From the NCBI GenBank assembly GCA_002269645.1, contig NIVC01002086.1, positions 68,917 to 132,916 of the forward strand: a stretch of DNA of 64,000 nt, given 5' to 3'. Below, piece by piece: positions 13,258 to 24,884 of the stretch. Made by a program: the position numbers and the translations under genes. Positions within the stretch are counted from its first letter, which is position 1. The number at the start of each line of letters is the position of its first letter. Below the pieces are notes generated by a model. The model was given only the letters and a program-made list of their open reading frames with translations, did not search any database and was not told where the DNA came from. The stretch comes from Macrostomum lignano (Eukaryota).

Positions 13258-15037
13258 GGTGCAGCCCATTTCGGCGAAGGATACGCAGTCGATAGATAAG
13301 GGATAATGACGGTGTGGTTGTTCAGTATTAAATCCAGGCTCCTAAAATCGTACTTTGAAATTCCGCCGTAACGGAAAGGGCATCTAATAAAACAATTAAA
13401 TTAAACTGCGACAAAACAAAAACGTGTCACGATAAAACCTAGTCTTTACAAAGTTTGTATTTTTTTAAATTTTCTTTTAAAACAAAAAACTTTTCAGCGA
13501 AGCTTCGAATAGATTTTTCGCTGAAATGGTCAGCTTTAGACGAAATGGTCATTGCGGAAGTGTCGTAGGCCGGTCTACCATGCACTGGGGTTCAGGCAGC
13601 GGTTGGCGACAGCGCAACGTCTCCCTCCGGAGGAGTGACAGTTGACATCACCGACGGCTCCCTTGAAGGATTATAACTTTCCCTTGGCTGTTCCCACCTT
13701 TTTTGTTCCCCCTGCTGCTCCTTCCCTTGGTCCCGCCCTTGTTTAAATGTGTTTTCCCGGGTTTGCCTTCCTTTTTCCAGCTTGTGCCCCACCCGGTGTT
13801 CCCCTCTTTGTTCCCCTCTTTGAATGAATTAAGCGAATTTTGATGTATATAACCGTTTGCCTGTCGCTCTCTCTTTTTACGCGGGCGTTTTTTGTGGTGT
13901 TTCTTCCCTTCTTCCCTCCTTCCCCCGTGTTTTGTCTTTTGTGGAGTAGTTCATTTGTTTGATATTTGGGCTTACCGCAGAAATTTAACTTAGTCTGAGC
14001 AACTCTCGACACGCCGAATCACCCCGTCATAGTCAGCTTAATATTTCAATATCCCTAATAAACATATTTTGCTTTAACAATTACCTTGCGACCATAGTAA
14101 TAATAATAACCAATCATCTAATATTTATTCAGTTGTACTTAATCGAAGCCTTTATAAATAGTCTATATTGAGTCATTTGCCCGCGGGGCGTAAAATTAAA
14201 TAACCAATTAGTCTCAACCCAGAGAAGCTCTGAGACCCTTATCGTTCCGTAATACGAAATTACGGTGGTGGCAGCGCTACTTTACTACTGCAGATAGTAA
14301 CAAATCGAGCATATCGACAGATCACGAATTTTACGGTGTCTGAAGACCCAATTTGAACGACCGTGCCGCTAAAAGACCGCTCGACTGCAATTACAACTAC
14401 CCTCTCCCCGGAATTGAGGACCCCGGCAGACGGAGTAACCAAGGAGAAGAATCAGTGCATCAACTCGAGAAATTTTCCGGCTTTACAAGTGCCGAGACAA
14501 CACAGGCGGCAATTCAAACATTAGAAACCGCCTACACCCCTTGTGCAATCAAATACACAAGATAGGATATGCTACAAATGAAAAAAGAGTCAGAAAAGAA
14601 CTCACTGGTGTAGCTAAAATATATGAAGTCATGAATAGCTAAAACAGTTAAACAAACTGAATCAGATACATTAGCAGTGTAACAAATCCGCTTTTCTGTT
14701 GTTTATTCATTTACTGTCTTTTTTAATTCCCTATTTAAATCGTCGTTATTCGTAAAGTTTTTTTGAAGTATTGTTTATGTTCGTTTTTCACGCTTTGAAA
14801 TATCACGCGCTTTCAAAATACTACATCTTTTTAACTCGGCAAATCGTCTTTATAAACTTCTATTTCGAAATTTTTTCCAAATACATAGTATAGCTCTATA
14901 ATATATTGGCCAAACAGGCTAATTGTCTGAGCCAAATTCTCTTACTTACTACCCCTATAAAAATTATTTTTCTTCTCCGCCCCCACCTCAAAAGTATTTT
15001 TCGCCGTTATTGACTTTTGCCGAAGTAGGTTAAAACC
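13258..15037. mobile_element. Possible MULE-like non-autonomous element
   Basis: 9-bp direct repeat cctaattag at 13249-13257 and 15038-15046. Imperfect TIRs GGTGCAGCCCATTTCGGCGAAG versus reverse complement GGTTTTAACCTACTTCGGCAAAAG. A 9-bp TSD with G-rich ends fits Mutator elements, but the TIR match is weak. Confidence 0.45.
14150..14990 (+). repeat. Conserved multi-hairpin module, copy 1 (interrupted ~14560-14965)
   Basis: Matches the reverse complements of 17388-17830 and 45074-45520. Ends ttctccgcccccacctca. Confidence 0.8.
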
Positions 15038-15289
15038 CCTAATTAGGGCCCAAGCCCTTTCACATTGCTTGTTCTGGTTGTAGAATCAGATCAAATTTGT
15101 AATGTTATTAAGTGTGTAACTTTTTGTCTCCTTAACTAGTGGGATATATGGTATTATAGGCCCTAGTCCGATATACATGTATGCTTTAAAGTTGTAATTA
15201 TTGAATGGCAACAGCCAAGGTATCCAGTCAATCCAGTCAAAAATAGTGGGTCAACTAATCCGTATATATGCTAATATATGTTGATTTAA

Positions 15290-15390
15290 TATCTGTCGCT
15301 GGATCGTCTGTCGCTGGATTGACTGTCGCCGGATTGTCTGTCACCGGATTGTCTGTCGCCAGATCGTCTTGTCGGCGGATTGTCTGGAAG
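15290..15390. repeat. Short 15-bp tandem repeat (tgtcgccggattgtc), ~6 copies
   Basis: Seen directly in the sequence. Confidence 0.8.
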
Positions 15391-17387
15391 CCATAGCCAA
15401 GAAGAAAGTGAAAAATTGTGCAAAGTGAGACTTTTAAGGCAATCAAACATTCAACAAAGTTAAATAGTTATACTGCTTTTTTTCTTAGAAGATCCAAACC
15501 GATTCTAGTTCTGGAATCGGTAATATAAAAAGTCTCATTGTTGCGTCGGCATATTCTGGTGCAGCAGCAAGCAGGGGGGAATCCGGTTGTGACGTTGTCA
15601 GTTTAAGGTGGTCCCAAAAAGGGCCATTGGACTGCTGTTTCTCTATAGTTTCAACCCTTCAGTTTCACCGTTTCAACTAAACTTTTCCATTTGTTTATTG
15701 CGACGTTTACTTGTAGTAGTGCCCAACAATTTTGTGGCAATTTCTAATTCACTATATATTTTGCTACCCTCTCTTGCGACTGTATAAAATTGGCACGATT
15801 GATAATTTTAATTTTAAGTTCTCTCGCCAGCCAATGAAAATCACTCGTGCTTCGCGCTACCCCCCTCTGCGCTCCTTTATTAAACCCCCCCCCCCCCGCC
15901 TGGCGGTGGGCACTCCTCACCTTCTTTCTTCCTTCCGTCCTGTTTTGCATTCTTGTCTGGCTGCCTCAAGCCTCCTTATTTCTTGCCATGGCCCCTCTGT
16001 CTGGGCCAGCCTATTCACACGCTTACTTGACTGTCTCATGCCATGGCTGACGCCAAACTTGCCACTGCTACTCACTGCCTTCACTGTGCTGATTGCCACT
16101 ACTCACCACATTACGTCGCCATTGCATCATTTGCCTGCCACTTGACTTCATATCCAAATTATATTCAACCCATTGTTGCAGCCGCCAGTGCCTAGAAAGC
16201 TATAGTTTGTCTATTGCCAGTAACAACCAAACTTAATATTGATATTAACAATAAAGACAACTATGGCAGTTCCTGCCTTTATCGCCAAGTGCTCCGCTAC
16301 AAAATCCGCTTACAAGAGTTGACTTCAACTAATTTTGAGACTACGCCTTACTGCAACGCTTGTTAAAACGGCCCTTTTAAGAGTCACAGCCATAGCCGCT
16401 ACGCCAATAATTGTGACACGGTGTAGTACAGTGCAAGACAAAAAATTGGTGCAATTGGCACTAAACAAAAACTTTCAGTATAAGACTAAGATGGCCAGTG
16501 GCCACAACATTGAATCTCTTTGGCTCTGCTCTCTTTTTATCATTATTAATTAGCAACATTAATTAGCAAGATGCAAACAAGCAAAGCTAACATGTAACGC
16601 TAAGTACAAACAGACAGAAACCGTCAGCCAGTCTGCCAGTCAAAACTGCTACTTTCTCAACTAGGAAAGGGCTGGGTACACTGGTGAGCTCAAAAATAAT
16701 CATCTCAGAGCAAGATAGTTCAGATATCATTGAAAAAATAATTTAAGGAACAAAACTTGAAGATTGCCATATTGCCAGCTTTTGTTATATCAATTATTAT
16801 GTTTAATCAATCATATTCATAAATACTGATGCAATAATAGATTTGAAACTAATTACCTATATAATACAAAAACTTTAATCTTTTTTAGTGTTTATGCCAA
16901 TTTATTCCCTATCATTACATCTATCAAATCTATGACCATCTGTTTATTAAGAAACCATTGCTACTAGTAATGCTATACTAAAATTAAGATAAATATACAA
17001 CAAGGCAAGGTATTTATTTTGTGTTAGGCTACTTCCTTGGTGTAGTAAATAAATATATATAGGTCAAGCTATAATAAAAGCTAAAGCCAAAGGAATGACT
17101 ATAATATAAGGGCCTAGGCCTCTAATATAATACAATTCTAATATAGCATCTTTTTAGCATATTCTATTTCTCTAATTATTACCAATAGGAAATAAGTGAA
17201 ATATATAAACCTAGGATTATTATTATCTTTTTAGACACTTAGTCTTAAAGCTATAGCCATCTTGGTGTGTGGCCATCTTGGTCATGCACCAAACTTTCAG
17301 CTAGATAATATTTTTGCAAACAGAAAATTAGCACTTTTTGTTCGCCAGTAGGCTTATATTATGTCCTAAAGAAAAAACAATGGCATG

Positions 17388-17830
17388 TGAGGTAGGGGCG
17401 GAAAAAGTTTTCTTCAAATGGGTTTATTTGAAAATTAGTTGCTAACACCAGTGAGGTGGGGTGGATTCCACGTTTGAATTGCTGCCGGCGTTGAGTTCGC
17501 ACAAATGGTTTTGGAAAATTGCGCAAAAGAATCACAACAAATTACTTTCTCCAGTTTTACTCTGACAGCCAGGTCCTCAAGTTCCGGGGGGGGGGTAGTT
17601 GCAATCATAGTGGAGCAGTCGTATAGTAGTGTGGTTGTTCAATTGATAAACACTGGAGATTCTGACATCATAATCTAATGCGTTGGCTTGTCGAGCTTGT
17701 TACTTTCAGTAGGGTAGTTGCTACCACCACCATAATTTACGTATTACAGAATATATAGTCTCAAAGCTTCCTTTGAGATAAGACTTTGGTTATTTTATGC
17801 CCCATGGGCAAAAGACTCAAAATAGACTAT
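17388..17830 (-). repeat. Conserved multi-hairpin module, copy 2
   Basis: tgaggtaggggcgg...ggtcctcaagttccggg...ctttcagtagggtagttgctaccaccacc...gccccatgggcaaa. Near-colinear with 45074-45520. Confidence 0.85.
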
Positions 17831-18412
17831 AGGCTTCTTATTAGTTAATGAAAGTATTATCGCTTAATATTAATTATTATTATTATTAACTAAGTATTAA
17901 AATAATATTTAGCAGGCAGGTAATAATTATTATTGTGCAATCAAAATGATTTGACCAGCAGAGCCGGAGTAAGGTAGATGAACAAACTAAAAATATAACA
18001 AAAACACAAGAATAAAAAGAGAGTGAGTGCAAGAGAGAGAGAGAGAGCGAGAGAATTAGCAGTGCTTGAAACATGCAATATAAATAGTTAGTATAAGTTC
18101 CAACTACAGGGGCGAAACTTGGATGGGTAGCTAGGCAGCTGGTTGGGCAAGGGAGTGGGCACAAGGTTGAGCAAAGGCAGTTTTATGCAAAAATTAAAAG
18201 AAAAAAGATAACAAACAAGAGTGGGGAAACATGGATTCATAGGTGGGACAAATTAGAGGAACAATAATTGGGACAAAGGACAACATACGCCATACAGGAA
18301 AGTGACTAAATAAACAACTATTGGAAAAAATATGCAAAAATTTCTGGGAGTTGGGGCATGTAATTAAATTCATAGAAACTTAGTAGATTGAATGCAAAAA
18401 ATATTAAAGTAA

Positions 18413-19262
18413 TTACAAAAAATCGAAGTGGCAACCCGATTGCCACCTGCGCGGGGATGCCTTACAAAGAAAAAAAAGTCTGCAAAACCTTGCACTTTCC
18501 ACATCAGTAGCGCCCATGGCTGGCAGGGGCTTGGCCACCACGTGTCGCAGGCTGGTCACTGTGGTTGCCGTCACCATTTCGGCGCTGGTGCGGGGGCCAG
18601 GCAGCTTCAGGCGGTTGGTCTGGAGCATTGGCAGAATTCTTGGCTTCGGCTGGCTGATCAGGAGCAGCAACCTAGCTGGCAACACATGTGCTACAAAAAA
18701 ACCTTTCTAGCCTGGGGGAGATGCCTCGGCGCACCGCCGCGTGCTTGATGGATAGAGCAACAAGGCAGCAGGTTGGGCCAACCTGCAGTCCTGGCTCATC
18801 CTTCGGCTAGGGCAGCTGCTTACAGAGTAAAATGCCAGGCGAAACTGGACTAGTTCCGGCAGTTGTTCACTTGCCGGGTGCCCAGACTGCTCTTAACTTC
18901 CCAGCTGAGCAGTTCCGCTAGGAGCTGCAAAGGCTCCGGGTTGGTAGTGGGTGGCAGCTGGGCCTCCTGCGGTGGCTGAGCAGCGAGCAGCTCTGGACTG
19001 ATGTTGTCATACCAGCCGGCCGGCGGTGGGGGCAGCGCATCATGGTCGGGCTCCAAGAGTTGGACAATGTCTAACTTGGCAACCTCCAGTGTCTGGGCTG
19101 CCCTTACCGCGTATATATCCATTTAACTAGGCGTCAGGGCTTGGCGGTGGCGCTGGAGGCTCTACTTTGGCAATCCTCTCAGGCTCATTCTCGCTTTCTT
19201 CTAGAAGATCTAATAGAGATGGACTAACAGCGGGGGCGGCGCCTCCCCACATTGGATTGGGC
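18413..19262 (-). pseudogene. Decayed Pro-rich ORF with C-terminal CxxC, probably from a mobile element
   Basis: Fragments MEPNPMWGGAAP...LLEESENEPERIAKVEPPAPPPSPDA, ...LEPDHDALPPPPAGWYDNISPELL... and ...HGRY*CGKCK, linked across stops and frameshifts. No family recognised. Confidence 0.4.
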
Positions 19263-20224
19263 TCCATAAACACAAAATTGAAATTGAAATGGTCGCAAGC
19301 AAAATAACAGTGCAATCGGAAATACAACATAAAGAACAAACAGTGTAAGAGTGAGGCTTAAATAGCCCGGCACCCAACCAACAGTTGAAAAAGGAGAGGG
19401 CGGCTCAACTGTGGGAGCTAGCTAGCACTTCTCATGCACTCTATGGTGGGCACGCACAGAGATGGGGTAGGCACATGAAAACAAGAGGTAATAAAACAGA
19501 TAACCGCGCAACAGGGGTCCGGGACCAAATGAATCAGATGGGATGCCTTGAATGGCTCACATCAAGCAGGTTGGCGGTTAGGAAACTAAAAATCATATAA
19601 ACAGAAGGTTTAAATAGAATAATAGAAATAATAGTAAGTTAGCGACCACTTTAACATATGCGGGGGCTCTATAAAGAGTTACAATGCACAGGGCAGACAA
19701 ATGGCACTGGGGAGAGGAGCCAAACTGGCAGCCCTCACAAGTTCCCAGGCTCTAGCAAAATCAGAACAAAGAAAAGAAAAGGGGAGTCCTTGAATGCCTT
19801 CTGCTGAGGGCAAGGCTTGGATCCGAGGCGGCTGGACCTAAGTGGGGCACAAGACAGTTTGGCCCTTAGACAGTAGGCTAGCAAACTGGAAAGAGATACC
19901 TTCAGTCTGAATCAAACTGGAAGGTTTACAAGTTAGTTGCTTTTCTCCGGAAAGAAAAGGGAAAACAGGGATACTTTCCGCACTTCGATAGTGTGCAAGG
20001 AAAGTTTACAATAAACTGGGATTTGCAAAATCAGATGAAATGCAAAATACTATATTGCATTGATTAAATATTGACGCGTTGAATAAATATCAATTGCATG
20101 AGTGCATGCTTTTCCCAGAAAGCATAAGGTTAAATAATGAGCGCGAGAGTGTTTGTATAAGTATTGCATTGGATATAGTTAATGGCACACTGTACATGAG
20201 CGCTGGTCAGTTCAAAATATGTTG

Positions 20225-20370
20225 ATTTAGCCGGAAAGCCTAAGGAAAAGTATAGGTTGGCTGCTTTTCACCCTCAAGCATAAGGAAAGTACAAAATTGA
20301 CTGCTTTTGACCCTCAAGCATTAAGGAAAAGTACAAAATTGACTGCTTTTGACCCTCAAGCATAAGGAAA
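20225..20370. repeat. ~40-bp tandem repeat (ctgcttttgaccctcaagcataaggaaagtacaaaattga), ~3.5 copies
   Basis: Seen directly in the sequence. Confidence 0.85.
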
Positions 20371-20939
20371 TTTGAACGAAAAATACAGCCAATTGAACCG
20401 CAAAACTAACATCCTGAAATTTGATTTAGGATGCAAAAAGCACACTAGAATTTTTTGCAAGGATGTGATGCAGATTTCACAATTTAGTGTTATAAGAGAT
20501 CAAACAATTAAGTTAAGCGTTTGGAATTTGGATCATCATTGGATGGTTTAGATGGACAAAAACTTTGAAGCACACTATTAGTGTTGGACCAGTTTTTGTC
20601 TGCAGCAGTGCAGCGCATCCTGGTCTTAAAAATCGCACCCTGAAATCTAGCACAGAGTGCAAAATCGCACCCAAGTTATGGATGAAAAAACGCAGATTGA
20701 AGAGTTAGGCCTAAAAATGCATGCCAAAAAAATTTAGTCGGACATGCCTGCACTCTCAAATCTAGACTAGTATTGCAACAATAATTTAAGACCTTTTCTG
20801 CATTGCATTAGTAAATGACCATTTTTGTATATTGTAAAGAACCCTTTTGGCTAATAATTGGGTTCATTATTTAGATACTTTAATATATTATTATATTGAT
20901 GAAAATTTATACACAAACTTTTTTCAAATATTAATATTA

Positions 20940-21988
20940 GGCAGTTGTTATTTGTCCAGTGACTAGACAAATAGCAATGTGATTGTTTGTCTAGTTAGTG
21001 GATAATAGCCATCTTTCTCTATTCATCTAGTTAATACTAGACAAATAGGCATTTTGTTATTTGTCCAATTAAATTGATATCTTGTTTTACAGAAACTACA
21101 AGGGTGAATATTCCTGGACTTTAAAGGCTCCTACTTGTATCTTGATTATTATGTTATACTAGTGTATGTCTTGTGTTCCAAATTATGCCAAATTGTATAC
21201 ACATTACACAAATCTGTTGTACTAGTATATGTCATAGTGGTGTTCCTGTATGATACAAAATCCCACTGCTGCCACCAAAGTTGTTATAGGGCTAACTTCT
21301 GTCCTCCAATAATCCCACTAATTGCCACCAAGTTGTAATAGGTTTTTAATTTCTTTCTATTAAATTTCTACTGCTAACACTAGATTTTTGCCTTAATGTT
21401 TCTAACTGTTTCTTAGAATCTCATATATTTCTAGGTAGCATTCTTGTAGTGTTCTGGTAGCATTCTTAGTATATTGTCTAGTAGCATTCTTAGTATATGG
21501 CCTGAGCAGTCATACTGGTGTATGTACTTTCTCTCTTTCCAGTCTGGGCGTTATCAAGATTAGAGGGTCACAGTGATTACTCTTAGTTCTACTTTTGCAT
21601 GAACTCTTAATTTCTGACTTTCAACCTTCTCTGCAACACTCTTTAGAAATTAAGCAATGATCTGAGAATGATTTATTGAACACGTTTTGAGCTTATAGAT
21701 AGCAAACAAGTGTTATCTTTTCCTTCCTACAATTCTCTTCCTTTTATACTACTTGATCGTGTGTATATTAAACAAATTCTTACAAGTTGTAAAATATTCT
21801 GAGTATTAAAACAACAAATATAAAATTTTATGCTAATTTGAAAAACAAGTTTATAAGAAATAAAGGTACTGCTACCACATTTATAACAAAATATTCATCA
21901 CTAAACAAATAGATACTTATGTTAGCAATTTAACTGGACAGATAGCAAAAAGGCTATTTGTCTAGTCATTGGACAAATAACAATTGCC
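20940..21988. mobile_element. PIF/Harbinger-like MITE (~1.05 kb)
   Basis: 36-bp TIR GGCAGTTGTTATTTGTCCAGTGACTAGACAAATAGC versus reverse complement GGCAATTGTTATTTGTCCAATGACTAGACAAATAGC (2 mismatches). 3-bp TTA TSD (20937-20939, 21989-21991). GG..CC ends with a TWA TSD are typical of Harbinger elements. Confidence 0.85.
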
Positions 21989-24884
21989 TTAATATTATTA
22001 TAATATTAATGTGCTTAAAACATAGAAAGCTGGAAATGTATATCTTACTAGGCTTAAAATATGAATATTTTCAATCTTTTTTTTACTTAACTCTTACTTT
22101 TCCTTATGATTCTGATTCTATGAAATGCATACTAAGTGTGCATACACACTATTTTCTTAAGAATAAGTCATATATGCCAACTATGAACTATGCATATCTA
22201 AATTTAGGCTAGGCCTAATGCATGTCTAAAGTTTTGGGCATATATTATATATTCTAGAATGTGGGACCCCTACCACATTTTAACTGTTGCAATTAGGCAG
22301 TTGACAAAGGCAAAGGGGGTACCAATTGTTGTCTACTAATAGTCTGCTGGCCAAATGTTGTTGAGGATATGGAGTGAGATAGGAAGTGCTCACCAACCTC
22401 TTAATATTATTAAAAAAATTGCTATAGGCCTAGGCTAGTATAAAAATATTGGTCTCTATTGAAAATGACAAATATATCAGTAGGCTATTGGAGAAAAAGG
22501 TTTTAGAAAGACTAAGGATAAATTATTTGCACAAAATTCTAGATATATTTTGTGCAATCTGAAAAAAAAACTTGCACACTTATATACACTTTTTGTAACA
22601 ATCTTGTGTGACACAAAAATACATATCTTCATGCTGTCTATAGACTGGTCTAACTTGCTTACTAGCCCTATCCAATGCTTGCTATTGATATTGATAGGCT
22701 TAAAGAACACTATCCTTCTTCTTTATCCCTAGTAGATACTTTGTGTTCTGATTTGCTATATTTTTATTATCCATAGCTATTTTGCTTGTACTTACTTTGG
22801 AAATGCAATTTTTCAAATTTATCTTTTGTTGTTCAAGCAGAAACTGCATTTCTTTTCCATTTAGGGAAAAATGTGGGACTGTATATCTGCCTCTTTCTCT
22901 CTCTCTCTCTGCTAAGTGCAAGCAACCCTTTGAATTATTTTTCATGCCTGCCTAGCACCATATTGCGCCATTGACTTTTCTACAGCCCCTAGGGCCTACC
23001 CATATTTTCTTCTATTCAATAGACAAATAAATTGGAAACCGTTAAAGGGACCAGACCAGATCTACTTAGCTTATATATTAAACAACTGTATGTATATCTA
23101 ATCTTGTCAATATAAATATAATATCTGAGTTCTACCAAAGACAAGGTGCAAAAAGTGCCTAAAATTAGATGCAATTTCTCTTACCTTATTTTTAAAAACT
23201 TGGAATATAGAAAACTATAGACATGTCTATTTATCTTTTTTTGTATCCAAAGAATGCCTTGGTCTCTTGTTTTATTTTCCCTTTCTAGATCTTATTAAAA
23301 GGCTATGCAAATAACGCTTAAATTTAAAAGAGAAATAGGTTAACACCATATCTAAACTGTATCTACTTTTTTATTTCAAGGTACAATTTCAAAATTAAGG
23401 TTGTATGTAGCTTGTATATACATTTAGTGCATAAAGAACCTAATAGGCCCCTCCAGGCCATAGTTAGAATCATGGCATGTATGCCTTAGAATATATTTAA
23501 GATCACAGAAAAACTTGTTTCAATGCCCTAATTCCTTAAAGCTCAGCCTTAAAATTTGCTTTGATATCTAGAAATAATATATGTAAGGCTAATATCATTA
23601 AAAATTGAATTTTTAAAAAAAATAGAACTAGATACCTTTAAATATTCAATTTCCAAATGTGAAAATTTTGGAACACATTTAGCCTAGTCACAATTTCTAC
23701 CTTAAGGTCCAATTTATTTATTCATTCAATTTTTATCTAGATCCACATTGCAGGATTAGCCAACAAATAGGCAACATGGCTTTAGTGCAGTCAACTACTT
23801 TGTTGCTTCTTATCCTATCCTGTCCCTGACCTAGCCTTACTTGACTCTGACTTTGCCAAGTATGACAATCATATACCTAGATAGATAGATAGATACCTAC
23901 CAACAAACCATTTTTAGTATATAGATTGAAGCTGATAAAAATTAAATCTCAAATTTTGCATGATACTACTTCTAATACATGCATGTACATTTATATTTGA
24001 ACTATTAGATTAACTACACCAACTTGTCTCAGGCTCTACTTTTCAGATAAAGTCAACTTTTTTGCAAGTTGACAAGCTAGTGGGGGCCAAAGTTACTAGA
24101 ATCCCCTTGACCAACTCCTGCCCTATCTTGCCCTAAATTTTCAGTGAAAAATCCATTTTCCTGACTATGGAATATAGATATAGCACATAGATGTAACTTT
24201 AGCATTAATTAATTAACTAGTGACATGTACTAATCCTCTTAATTTTAATTAGTAGACACATGCATATATGTCTGACAATCTGACATGTTTCGATGCATTG
24301 CATTTGATTTATTGAATATTATAATGTTTCACCTCTAAACCATAGATGTTTTGCATATAGACCTTTTTTGTGTGGGCCATTTTTAGTCTAATATTTTTTG
24401 GCTTTGAACAAGTTAACTTAATTATAGTATATACATAACCTATAATGTTACACTGACTATGCCACTTTAAAAGCAAGTTAGTTTTGTAACTTTAGTGATG
24501 ATTTTTGCTAGTTAAATTGGCTGAGTTGGCTCACAGTTATGCATGTAGGATGTAGTTATCAATGTAATTAGAAAATGATCTATAGTTTAAATTTAGCCTT
24601 TTCTTTAATTTATTTTTATTGCCCAATATTTTTTAGTTTCATCATTCATTCCAGTCTTTACAAACAGTAATAAGATAGAAGATAAACTATATTGTTATAA
24701 AAGGACAGTCACTTTATACAATAAGTGTCTTAAGCTGAAAAGATAAATTATGCTGAGCCTCTATGATAAGGTTGTTATTAAGTTCCAATGTTCCATTTAT
24801 AACAAGAAAAAAACTATCCATCCATTTTTATTTGTTCTATTTACTTTCTAGAACATACCCTGTGACATTTATTTCAGAATTCAG

